DNA of 64,000 bases, from the NCBI GenBank assembly GCA_964513995.1, contig CAZEOQ010000006.1:17573-81572 (forward strand), given 5' to 3'. The translations under genes and the position numbers were made by a program. The stretch comes from an uncultured Desulfobacterales bacterium. Its GTDB lineage: Bacteria > Desulfobacterota > DSM-4660 > Desulfatiglandales > JALVZP01. Below, piece by piece: positions 28,464-37,158 of this stretch (its first letter is position 1; each line of letters begins with the position of its first letter). The notes beneath the pieces are model-generated. The model saw only the letters and a program-made list of their open reading frames with translations. It made no database searches and had not been told where the DNA came from.

Positions 28464-30156
28464 ACTCATCATAGAGGAATTTGTAAGAAACAGAATAGAT
28501 CATTTTTGTATATGTCCTGGATCAAGATCAAGCCCTATTGTTGTTGCTGTTGCAAGGAATAAAAAAGCAAAGCCTGTGATATGTTATGATGAAAGAGGGG
28601 CTTCTTTTTATGCCTTAAACTACGCAAGAGCAAAAAGAAGACCTGCAGTTGTTATAACGACATCAGGAACAGCAGTAGCAAACTGCTTTCCTGCTGTTAT
28701 AGAAGCATATATGGACTGTGTCCCGGTTATTATATTTTCTGCTGACAGACCACCTGAACTTCAAGATTCAAAAGAAAATCAGACAATCTATCAGGAGGAC
28801 ATATTTGGAAGATATGTAAAGTATTTCTTTAATATTCCTCCTGCAGAAGAAAACATACCACCTCAAATGCTTCTTACAACTGTAGATCAGGCAATATACA
28901 GAAGTATATCCCATCCAAATGGTCCTGTTCACATAAATTGGATGATACGGGAACCTCTTGCTCCAGAAAAAGTCCCTTTTAATCCATCATATACATGCTC
29001 TTTGTCTGATTGGCTTGTTTCTGAAAGACCATATACTGAATATCCTGTTCCTGAAAAGGATATTTCAGAAGATCAGATAAGGAAGATAGCAGGACTTATA
29101 AACGAGGCTGAAAATGGACTTTTGATCATAGGTGAGACAGGATGTAAAGGTCATATACTTGAACTTTTAAAAAAGATTCCATGGCCTGTCTTTTCAGACA
29201 TAAGGTCAGGTATATATCCGTATATGTCAGAGAATGTCCTTCCTTATTTTTCACTTCTTTTAAGATCCTTTATTCCAAAGAAAAATCCAGATCTTGTGAT
29301 ACACATAGGAAAGCCCGTTGTTTCAAAACACATATATCAGCTTATAAGACTTGCAAGAAGATATGTTGTGATAAAGGAAGGACCTTTCAGACAGGATCCT
29401 GTTCACAGAAGTATGATGCAGATAGATTGTAGTATAAAGATATTTTGTGAAAAGATTATTCCGTATATTTCTGCTAAAAGGAGCAAGGGCTTAGAAGAAT
29501 TAAGGAGGATATGTGAGAAGATAAGTGTTTTTTTAGAGGATCTTATGAAAGGAAGGGAAGAGATAAATGAAGCTATTCTGGCTTATGATATCTCAAAAAA
29601 TATCCCTGAAAGGACAGCTCTTTTTCTTTCAAACAGTATGCCAGTAAGAGATATGGACATGTATGGAAGGATAGAAAAAGAGGTAGAGATATATGCAAAC
29701 AGAGGTGCAAGTGGAATAGATGGAATTGTTTCAAGTTCAATAGGTATTGCACAAGGGAGCAAAAAGCTTACAACAGCTATTATAGGAGATCTTGCATTTC
29801 TTCATGATATGAATTCATTGAGTATTCTAAAAAGGACGGATTCAGCCGTGATATTTGTTCTTATAAATAATGGAGGAGGAGGCATCTTTTCCTTCCTTCC
29901 TATATCAAAATTTAATAAAGTCTTTGAATACTTCTTTACTCCTCACCACATCTGTTCATTTGAACCAATAGCCTCACTTTTTGAAATCCCATATTTTCCT
30001 GTAAAAAAAAGGGAAGACCTATTAAAGGCTTATAGGGAATGCGTAAGAAAAAGGAAGAGTGCAATCATAGAAGTCTTTGTAGACAGAGAAGAAAATTTTA
30101 GGTTTCATAAAAAGGTTGAAGATGAAATAAAAAAGATTCAGGAGAGTGTATCATGA
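28432..30156 (+). CDS. menD: SEPHCHC synthase (2-succinyl-5-enolpyruvyl-6-hydroxy-3-cyclohexene-1-carboxylate synthase)
   Basis: N-terminus LWAELIIEEFVRNRIDHFCICPGSRSSPI and the ThDP motif GDLAFLHDMNSL...NNGGGGIFSFLP. Confidence 0.88.
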   Translation: MRENLNILWAELIIEEFVRNRIDHFCICPGSRSSPIVVAVARNKKAKPVICYDERGASFYALNYARAKRRPAVVITTSGTAVANCFPAVIEAYMDCVPVIIFSADRPPELQDSKENQTIYQEDIFGRYVKYFFNIPPAEENIPPQMLLTTVDQAIYRSISHPNGPVHINWMIREPLAPEKVPFNPSYTCSLSDWLVSERPYTEYPVPEKDISEDQIRKIAGLINEAENGLLIIGETGCKGHILELLKKIPWPVFSDIRSGIYPYMSENVLPYFSLLLRSFIPKKNPDLVIHIGKPVVSKHIYQLIRLARRYVVIKEGPFRQDPVHRSMMQIDCSIKIFCEKIIPYISAKRSKGLEELRRICEKISVFLEDLMKGREEINEAILAYDISKNIPERTALFLSNSMPVRDMDMYGRIEKEVEIYANRGASGIDGIVSSSIGIAQGSKKLTTAIIGDLAFLHDMNSLSILKRTDSAVIFVLINNGGGGIFSFLPISKFNKVFEYFFTPHHICSFEPIASLFEIPYFPVKKREDLLKAYRECVRKRKSAIIEVFVDREENFRFHKKVEDEIKKIQESVS

Positions 30157-31358
30157 AGGAAAAGATAGACATTCTTATGAAAAGAGGAGTAAAGATACTG
30201 AGTCCTGAAACAGTAGAAATAGGAGATGAGGTAGATCCTGAAAGGATAGAAGAAGGTGTAATAATTCATTCAGGATGCAGGATATACGGAAAAGATACAT
30301 ACATTATGTCTGGGACAGAGATTGGAAGTGAAGGTCCTGTAAGTATATATGACTGTCAGATAGGAAGGGGTGTTGAACTTAAAGGTGGAGTATTCTACAG
30401 GTCTGTCTTCTTAGATGGAGTTAGTATAGGTCTTGGTGCACAGGTAAGAGAAGCATGCCTTCTTGAAGAATACAGCAGATGTGCTCATACAGTCGGACTA
30501 AAACAGACAATCCTTTTTCCTTTTGTTACACTTGGAAGTCTTATAAACTTCTGTGACTGTCTTATGGCAGGTGGAACAGACAGAAAGAATCACAGTGAGG
30601 TTGGAAGCTCTTACATTCATTTTAACTACACACCAAATCAAGACAAAGCAACTGCATCACTTATAGGAGATGTTCCAAGAGGGGTTATGCTGAGAGAGCC
30701 TCCTATATTTCTTGGAGGACAAGGTGGAATAGTAGGTCCTGTAAGGATTACCTATGGAGTTGTTGTATCTGCAGGAACTGTTGTAAGAAAAGATCTCCTT
30801 GAAGAGAATACTCTTTTTATAGATTACCCTGCAAAGATAAGTAAGAAGGTTCCATTTCATAGGGGGCTTTATAATAATCCAAAGAGGATATTCAGATTAA
30901 ATGTCCTCTATATTGCAAATCTCATTGCTTTAAGAAGGTGGTATGAGGATGTAAGATCTTACTTTTTGAAAAAAGAGCTTTTGGATGGTGCTATAGAAAA
31001 GATTGATATGGGGATAGATGAAAGGATAAAAAGGCTTGGAGAAGTTGCAGAAAAGATGCCTTATTCTGCAAAGCTTTTCAGAAAGATAAGGAAACATTCA
31101 GATGGAATTATAAAGTGGAAGATGAGGTTTTATGAAAGATGGAAGGATATAGAAGGATTTTTAAAAGAAAGAAGAAGGGAAGAAGGGGATATAAAGAAGA
31201 GAGAGAAGTTCTTAAAAGAGTTTGAAAGATCAAGGGATAAGGAATATATATCTTCAATAAAAAGGCTTGAAAAAGATACTGTAAAGACAGGTATAGATTG
31301 GCTTCAAGGGATAGTTGACAGCATAGTCAAAGAAGCAGAATCTATTTTGTCAGAGTGA
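30153..31358 (+). CDS. left-handed beta-helix (hexapeptide-repeat) protein, GlmU C-terminal-like, with a K/E-rich helical tail
   Basis: Hexapeptide-like periodicity through ~220 aa (e.g. GGQGGIVGPVRITYGVVVSAGTVV), then a charged helical C-terminus. ATGA overlap with menD. Confidence 0.5.
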   Translation: MKEKIDILMKRGVKILSPETVEIGDEVDPERIEEGVIIHSGCRIYGKDTYIMSGTEIGSEGPVSIYDCQIGRGVELKGGVFYRSVFLDGVSIGLGAQVREACLLEEYSRCAHTVGLKQTILFPFVTLGSLINFCDCLMAGGTDRKNHSEVGSSYIHFNYTPNQDKATASLIGDVPRGVMLREPPIFLGGQGGIVGPVRITYGVVVSAGTVVRKDLLEENTLFIDYPAKISKKVPFHRGLYNNPKRIFRLNVLYIANLIALRRWYEDVRSYFLKKELLDGAIEKIDMGIDERIKRLGEVAEKMPYSAKLFRKIRKHSDGIIKWKMRFYERWKDIEGFLKERRREEGDIKKREKFLKEFERSRDKEYISSIKRLEKDTVKTGIDWLQGIVDSIVKEAESILSE

Positions 31359-31362
31359 TTTC

Positions 31363-31391
31363 TTGACAGGAAAAATGTCCTGAGATATAAA
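31363..31391 (+). promoter_or_regulatory. sigma70-like promoter
   Basis: TTGACA (31363-31368), a 17-nt spacer, TATAAA (31386-31391). SD AAAGGAGAAG precedes ATG 31426. Confidence 0.6.
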
Positions 31392-31425
31392 AAACCTGCT
31401 TTTTTAAAAAAAAAGGAGAAGTAAG

Positions 31426-31764
31426 ATGGAAAAAAAGAAAGTAGGGATTATTAGGTGTCAACAAGCAGAGGACCTTTGTCCAGGAACAAGTTGTTTTAGG
31501 TCAGCACTGAATGGAGAAAAAGGATTTGAATCTGTTGGTCCTTGTGAGATTATAGGATTTGTAACATGTGGGGGTTGTCCTGGAAGAAAGGTCATTCAAA
31601 GAGCAAGGATGATGATACAAAGAGGAGCAGAAGTTATTGCATTAGGAGCGTGTATATCAAAAGGAAATCCTATAGGATATCCTTGTCCTTTTTTTGAAAA
31701 GATAAAAGAGCTTCTTCAAAAAAATTTTGGAAAAGAAGTCATAATCCTTGAATATACACATTAA
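31426..31764 (+). CDS. CGGC domain-containing protein
   Basis: CQQAEDLCPGTSC ... VTCGGCPG ... GYPCPF cysteine pattern of the CGGC family. Confidence 0.65.
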   Translation: MEKKKVGIIRCQQAEDLCPGTSCFRSALNGEKGFESVGPCEIIGFVTCGGCPGRKVIQRARMMIQRGAEVIALGACISKGNPIGYPCPFFEKIKELLQKNFGKEVIILEYTH

Positions 31765-31767
31765 AAA

Positions 31768-33093
31768 ATGCCAAGGCTTTTTGGAACAGATGGAATAAGG
31801 GGTATAGCAAACAGGTATCCTATAACTGCAGAAATGGGGATAAGATTTGGAAGGGCTGTTGTAAAATTTTGTGGAAAAAGACCTTTTATAATTACAGGAA
31901 GGGATACGAGGATCTCTGGTCAGATGCTTGAATTTTCAATAATATCAGGGATACTCTCTTCAGGAGGAGATGTCCTTTCTTGCGGAATAATTCCTACACC
32001 AGCCGTTGCATATCTCGTAAAAGAGCTTAAAGCAGATGCTGGTATCGTAATATCTGCATCTCATAATCCATGGGAATATAATGGTTTTAAGGCATTCAGC
32101 AGAACAGGAGAAAAGCTTTCAGAAAAGGATGAGGAATGTATAGAAGAGATTATGGAAAAAGGGTATGAGGGAGAGACCATAGGTGAAGTAAAGACAGAAG
32201 AAAGTGTTCATGAAAAATATCAGGATTTTCTTATAAGATCAGTTCCAAAAGACACCTCATTTTCTGATATAAAAGCCGTTATAGACTGTGCAAATGGAGC
32301 AACATACAGGATTGCTCCATCTGTATTTCAAAGACTTGGAATAAGTCTTGATGTAATCTTTGCAAGTCCAGATGGAAAGAACATAAATAAAGGATGTGGC
32401 TCAGAACATCCAGAAAGACTTAAAAGAGAAGTTATAGAAAAAAAAGCAGATGTAGGTTTTGCTTTTGATGGAGATGGAGACAGGGTCCTGGCTGTTGACG
32501 AAAAAGGAAATATACTTTCTGGTGATCACCTTATAGCAATATTTGCACTTTTTCTAAAAGAAAAAGGAGAGCTGAAAAGACCTGCTGTCGTAAGCACTGT
32601 AATGAGTAACATGGGACTTACAAAACTGCTAAAAGATCTTGGAATAAGGCATATAAGGACAGCTGTTGGAGACAGAAATGTTTCAGAGATGATGAAAAAA
32701 GAAGGAGCTATTCTTGGTGGTGAAGAATCAGGGCACATAATATTTATGAACTATCATACAACAGGAGATGGACTGCTTTCTGCAATTCAGCTTCTTTGTG
32801 CCATGAAATTTTTTGAAAAGCCACTGAGTGAACTTCAAAAAATAATGAGACCTTTTCCACAGGTAAAAAGGAATGTAGAAGTAAGAGAAAAAAAAGATCT
32901 TTCAGAGATTCCTGAACTAAATGCTTTAATAGAGAGGATAAAAAAAGAGCTTTCAGAAAAAGGTCGCGTCCTTGTAAGATATTCAGGAACAGAACCAGTA
33001 TGCAGGATAATGGTAGAAGGAGAAGATGAGGAGAAGATAAAGGGATATGCTGAAGAGATCTCTGAGGTAATAAGGAGAAAATTAGGAAAATAG
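31768..33093 (+). CDS. glmM: phosphoglucosamine mutase
   Basis: LFGTDGIRG N-terminus, phosphoserine loop SASHNP, Mg site FDGDGDR, GEESGH loop. Confidence 0.92.
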   Translation: MPRLFGTDGIRGIANRYPITAEMGIRFGRAVVKFCGKRPFIITGRDTRISGQMLEFSIISGILSSGGDVLSCGIIPTPAVAYLVKELKADAGIVISASHNPWEYNGFKAFSRTGEKLSEKDEECIEEIMEKGYEGETIGEVKTEESVHEKYQDFLIRSVPKDTSFSDIKAVIDCANGATYRIAPSVFQRLGISLDVIFASPDGKNINKGCGSEHPERLKREVIEKKADVGFAFDGDGDRVLAVDEKGNILSGDHLIAIFALFLKEKGELKRPAVVSTVMSNMGLTKLLKDLGIRHIRTAVGDRNVSEMMKKEGAILGGEESGHIIFMNYHTTGDGLLSAIQLLCAMKFFEKPLSELQKIMRPFPQVKRNVEVREKKDLSEIPELNALIERIKKELSEKGRVLVRYSGTEPVCRIMVEGEDEEKIKGYAEEISEVIRRKLGK

Positions 33094-34155
33094 TTCTGAG
33101 ATATAAAAAGACCTTATCTTTTCTCCTTTCTTCTTTAATGCATGATTTAGGTTCAGGTTACAGAATGGACAAAGTGTTATTATGTCTCTTTTTGCATAAG
33201 AGATTATAAGATCAGCTATCCTTAGTGACAGCTCAAGATCATATGTCCTTAATCCACTTCCTGCTCCACAACAAAGAGACATACTTCTGTTTTCTTTAAA
33301 CTCAAAGAAACTTATTCCTACCTTATTTAAAACATATCTTACAGTTTCAGAAAGATCTATGGTTCTCGTAATTTTACATGGTTCATGAAGAAAAAAGCTT
33401 CCTTCTGCTTTTATACTTTTTCCTTTTTTCAGCTCTTCCTCCATTACTTCTACGAGATGAACGACTTCAAATGGAAAATCTTTCAGGACTTCAGGATAAT
33501 AAATCTTGAATGACTTATAACAGCTTGGACAAAGAACAATTATCCTTCTTATTCCAAGATCTTTAAATCTTTTTGCATTTTTCACAAAGACCTCTTCTGC
33601 CTTATCAAAATACCCTCCATCATAAAGAAATATACCGCAACATCCTTCTTCCTTAATTATCCTGAAATCTACTTCAAGTGATTCCAGGATCTTTACTGCT
33701 CCATAAACTGCATCTTTATTCAGAAATGAGGATATACAGCCAAAAAAAAGGATTGTATCTGACTCATTTTCAAGAAACTTTCTATAATACTCAGAACCAT
33801 ATATCACCCTTTTTTCTTCTTCCCTAAGCACAGCATTCCCTTTTTCAAGGATACTCTCAATTATCCTCCTCTGTGCATCTTTTGGAATTATTCCTTTTTT
33901 ATAAAGGATGTTTCTTCCAGCAGTTACAAGTCCTCCAACATCTATATCCAGAGGACATACCTGTTTGCATCTTCCACATCCATTACATGTAAGAAGACTT
34001 TTTTCTATCTGTTCACTGTATTTTCCTGATAAAAGTTCTTTAAGGCTTTGTATTCTTCCAAAAGGAGAAAACATCTTTTCCTTTTTTACGAGATAAGAAG
34101 GACAAACATCAATACAGATCTCACATTCTGTGCATTTTTCAAGCTCTTCTTTCAT
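33082..34155 (-). CDS. (Fe-S)-binding protein with two CCG domains (GlcF/HdrD-like)
   Basis: Two ferredoxin motifs (CTECEICIDVCPS, CNGCGRCKQVCPL), then CCG-type motifs (EGCCGIF, SLCCGAGSG, CPSC, CPFC). Its 3' end overlaps glmM by 12 nt. Confidence 0.75.
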   Translation of the reverse strand: MKEELEKCTECEICIDVCPSYLVKKEKMFSPFGRIQSLKELLSGKYSEQIEKSLLTCNGCGRCKQVCPLDIDVGGLVTAGRNILYKKGIIPKDAQRRIIESILEKGNAVLREEEKRVIYGSEYYRKFLENESDTILFFGCISSFLNKDAVYGAVKILESLEVDFRIIKEEGCCGIFLYDGGYFDKAEEVFVKNAKRFKDLGIRRIIVLCPSCYKSFKIYYPEVLKDFPFEVVHLVEVMEEELKKGKSIKAEGSFFLHEPCKITRTIDLSETVRYVLNKVGISFFEFKENRSMSLCCGAGSGLRTYDLELSLRIADLIISYAKRDIITLCPFCNLNLNHALKKKGEKIRSFYISELFS

Positions 34156-34253
34156 CTCCTTCTCCTGTAATTTTCAGGATTAAGAAACATCTTTCATATT
34201 TTTTCCTTTGTCAAGAAAAAATTTGTATAGGACATCTGAAAAAAGTCTTTTCC

Positions 34254-34283
34254 TTGACATACATCATCTTTTCTTCTTAGAAT
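34254..34283 (+). promoter_or_regulatory. sigma70-like promoter giving a probable leaderless mRNA
   Basis: TTGACA (34254-34259), an 18-nt spacer, TAGAAT (34278-34283). ATG 34292 lies 8 nt after the -10 box with no SD. Confidence 0.5.
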
Positions 34284-34291
34284 CAGCTGTG

Positions 34292-34840
34292 ATGGAAGAA
34301 AAGATCACAAAAGAAGAACTCATAAAAGTCATAAAACCACTCATAGCAGAACAGCTATCAGAGTTTATCCGTGAATACGAACTTAAGGCAAAAGAGATAT
34401 CACTGATTGAAAGAATAATCCGTGTGGAAGAGGAACTTAAAGCTCAGAGGGAGATTATTGCCTCACTTCAAAGGGAAATGAATACTCTTTTTGAGGCAAT
34501 GAACAGCCGTTTTGAAACACTTCAAAGAGAGATGGATAAAAGGTTTGAGGCAATGAATAGCCGTTTTGAATCACTTCAGAGAGAGATGAATAAAAGATTT
34601 GAGTCTCTTCAAAGAGAAATGGATAAAAGATTTGAGTCTCTTCAAAGAGAGATGGATAAGAGATTTGAAGCAATGAATAGCTGTTTTGAATCACTTCAGA
34701 GAGAAATGGACAGAAGGTTTGAAGCAATGGATAAAAGATTTGACTCTTTTGAAAAACGCCTTTCTTTTCTTCAGTGGCTTATAGCCGGAGGATTTACCTT
34801 TGTTTCCATACTCATCACTATTGTAAACTTCATAAAATAG
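34292..34840 (+). CDS. tail-anchored coiled-coil protein with 11/18-residue tandem repeats (DUF1640-like)
   Basis: LQREMDKRFE(AMNSRFE)S units repeated about six times, followed by a C-terminal TM helix LIAGGFTFVSILITIVNFI. The track start (TTG 34208) was rejected in favour of ATG 34292. Confidence 0.6.
   Translation: MEEKITKEELIKVIKPLIAEQLSEFIREYELKAKEISLIERIIRVEEELKAQREIIASLQREMNTLFEAMNSRFETLQREMDKRFEAMNSRFESLQREMNKRFESLQREMDKRFESLQREMDKRFEAMNSCFESLQREMDRRFEAMDKRFDSFEKRLSFLQWLIAGGFTFVSILITIVNFIK
34466..34753 (+). repeat. in-frame imperfect tandem repeat (33-bp and 54-bp units)
   Basis: Units begin with CTTCA(A/G)AG(G/A)GA(A/G)ATG, in the order 54, 54, 33, 33, 54 bp plus a degenerate last unit. 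All are coding. Confidence 0.85.
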
Positions 34841-34846
34841 ATATAC

Positions 34847-34875
34847 TTCACTGATTCTGATGAATGTTCTATAAT
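34847..34875 (+). promoter_or_regulatory. sigma70-like promoter
   Basis: TTCACT (34847-34852), a 17-nt spacer, TATAAT (34870-34875). SD AAGGGGGA precedes ATG 34907. Confidence 0.5.
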
Positions 34876-34906
34876 AATCTTTAAACAAGAAAGGGGGAAC
34901 AAAAAA

Positions 34907-35725
34907 ATGGCTTTTCTGAGAAGAAATTTTACGGATAAAGATCTAGATTTTATAATAGAAACTGCTGCTCCTGATGTATCTGATAAAGCAAGGCTTAAAC
35001 AGATCCTGAAAGAAGACAGTGACTTTAGAGCTCAATTCTTAAGTGATGACAGGATATTCAACAGGGTTATGGATGAAAAGGAGGTATTTTTAAAGATATC
35101 CCCTTCTCTTTTCTTTGAGATCCTGCTGAGGAGGACTCTGAAAGAGCTTAAAGGAAAAGGATATACATGGGAAAAGACATCAAATATGCAGATTCCTATA
35201 TTTGATTCAAGTGAGATCGTTGCTTTCTTGGAAAAGGAAGAGCATATAGTATATCTTGCAGAGATGTTAGCATCTTTTACGAGAATAGAAAACTATACAA
35301 TTTATCTGAGAGTAGGAAAAGGGATATGGAGAAAAGTAAGCTTTAATGATCTTGACATTCAAAGCCTTATGGCATTCTGCGACATGGTAGATGAAGAGCA
35401 CAGACTTGCACTTTACAAAAGAATAGCAGATGTCTGCCTTTTCATCTTAGGAATATTCCCTGATTGGGCAGAAAGAAACTACAGGTATCCTCTTACAAAA
35501 GAAGTAAGACCAGGGATTTTTGGTCGCCCAAGAATAAGCCCAGAAGAGTATGAAAGAGAAGGAAGGAAGTTTTATAAGCTTGCAGCAACACATAAATTCG
35601 TAAAAGATACTGCTTGGGAAGAGATATTCTGGGATCTCCACGAAAACTTTCAAAAAGCAAAAAAGCCTCTTAATTTTATCTCTGATAATTATCTGAGATA
35701 TACTCGCCACAGGATCTTTATGTAA
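34907..35725 (+). CDS. hypothetical protein (no motif recognised)
   Basis: A 272-aa ORF with its own promoter and SD and a normal composition. I recognise no family. Confidence 0.55.
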   Translation: MAFLRRNFTDKDLDFIIETAAPDVSDKARLKQILKEDSDFRAQFLSDDRIFNRVMDEKEVFLKISPSLFFEILLRRTLKELKGKGYTWEKTSNMQIPIFDSSEIVAFLEKEEHIVYLAEMLASFTRIENYTIYLRVGKGIWRKVSFNDLDIQSLMAFCDMVDEEHRLALYKRIADVCLFILGIFPDWAERNYRYPLTKEVRPGIFGRPRISPEEYEREGRKFYKLAATHKFVKDTAWEEIFWDLHENFQKAKKPLNFISDNYLRYTRHRIFM

Positions 35726-35790
35726 TTTTTCTTGTAAAAGCTCTTTTTATCCTGTAAGCTTCTTTCAAAAGTTTTTTGAGGAGAATTTTT

Positions 35791-37158
35791 ATGCAAAAAA
35801 AGGAGGAACAGTTTTTCATAAATGAAAGGCTTGTAAAAGAGATAAAGGAACTTATAAGGGAAGGAAAAACAGAGGACTTAAGAAGGATAATAGATAAGAT
35901 GAAGCCAGCTGATGCAGCTGACCTTATAGAACATCTTGATCCAGATGAAAGGGTATTTATCTTCAAGCTGTTAGAGCCTGTAAGTGCAGGAGAGGTCCTT
36001 GTGGAAGTTGAGCCTCCTATCCAGGAAGACATCGTAGAAAAGATGGATAACAGATCACTTACAGAAATCGTTGAAACACTGGATTCTGATGATGCAGCAG
36101 ATCTTGTGGGCTTTCTTCCAAAAGAAAGGGCAAAAAGCATAATTGATTCTGTTGAGAAACAGGTCTCAGAAGAACTAAAAAAACTTCTTCCTTATCCAGA
36201 AGATACTGCTGGCGGTATAATGGCTCTTGAGTTTGTGGCTGTAAGAGCTGATGCTACTATAAAAGATGCAATAGAGGTGATCAGGAAGAAAAAGGATGAA
36301 ATAAAAAATCTTTATCATGTATGGGTTGTTGATGATGAAGGAAGGCTTGTTGGTGTGGTATCAATAAGAGATCTTCTTCTTGAGTCTCCTGAAAAAAAGA
36401 TAAAGGAGATAATGAATACAGATGTGATATATGTAGATGTGAATACGGATCAGGAGGAAGTTGCAAGACTTTTTAAAAAATACGACCTTGTAAGCATCCC
36501 TGTTGTAGATGAGAAAAAGAGACTTATAGGAAGGATAACATATGATGACATCATAGATGTTATAGAAGAAGAGGCAGATGAAGACATGTCAATTATGGCA
36601 GGAATAGTTGATCAGGAGATAGCAGAAGTTTCTTCTTTAAAGATATCAAAAGCAAGACTTCCCTGGCTTATTGTATCATTTGTTGGAGAAATTATTGCAG
36701 CATTTGTGATAAACAGATATGTTGCATCTATACAAAAGATAATAGCCATATCTTTTTTCTTTCCTGTTATAATGGCTCTTGGTGGAGCAACAAGTCAGCA
36801 GGCAGCAATAATTGTTGTAAGAGGAATAGCAACAGGAGATATAAGTGTATTGAATCTTGGAAAAAGGATATTTCTGGAGATAAAGACAGCTCTTATAATA
36901 GGAACAATACTTGGGATCTTACTTGGAGCTGTTGTCTATTTCTGGCTTTCAAGTCTATATCTTGGTGCTATTATAGCCCTTGCCCTTGTCCTTGTTATAC
37001 TCAATGCAGGTTTTATAGGAGCAGCTGTTCCTGTTGTCTTATACAAACTAAATGTAGATCCTGCTTTTGCAACAGGTCCTTTTGTAGCAACGACAAATGA
37101 CATCCTTGGACTTTTCGTATATCTGAGTCTTGTAAGCTGGTTTCTGAGAACTGTATAA
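35791..37158 (+). CDS. mgtE: magnesium transporter MgtE
   Basis: MgtE N-domain (PADAADLIEHLDPDE), a CBS pair, and a C-terminal 5-TM domain with GPFVATTNDILGLFVY. Start at ATG 35791, after SD GAGGAG. Confidence 0.9.
   Translation: MQKKEEQFFINERLVKEIKELIREGKTEDLRRIIDKMKPADAADLIEHLDPDERVFIFKLLEPVSAGEVLVEVEPPIQEDIVEKMDNRSLTEIVETLDSDDAADLVGFLPKERAKSIIDSVEKQVSEELKKLLPYPEDTAGGIMALEFVAVRADATIKDAIEVIRKKKDEIKNLYHVWVVDDEGRLVGVVSIRDLLLESPEKKIKEIMNTDVIYVDVNTDQEEVARLFKKYDLVSIPVVDEKKRLIGRITYDDIIDVIEEEADEDMSIMAGIVDQEIAEVSSLKISKARLPWLIVSFVGEIIAAFVINRYVASIQKIIAISFFFPVIMALGGATSQQAAIIVVRGIATGDISVLNLGKRIFLEIKTALIIGTILGILLGAVVYFWLSSLYLGAIIALALVLVILNAGFIGAAVPVVLYKLNVDPAFATGPFVATTNDILGLFVYLSLVSWFLRTV

Noticed and set aside
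34466-34753. Tandem DNA repeats considered as a possible CRISPR or other non-coding array
   Set aside because: The repeats are contiguous with no spacers. They are in frame, multiples of 3 (33/54 bp), and encode a regular coiled-coil motif inside an ORF that ends in a TM helix.
35726-35790. Possible M-box (Mg2+) riboswitch upstream of mgtE
   Set aside because: The intergenic region is only about 65 nt, far shorter than an M-box aptamer, and shows no extended pairing.
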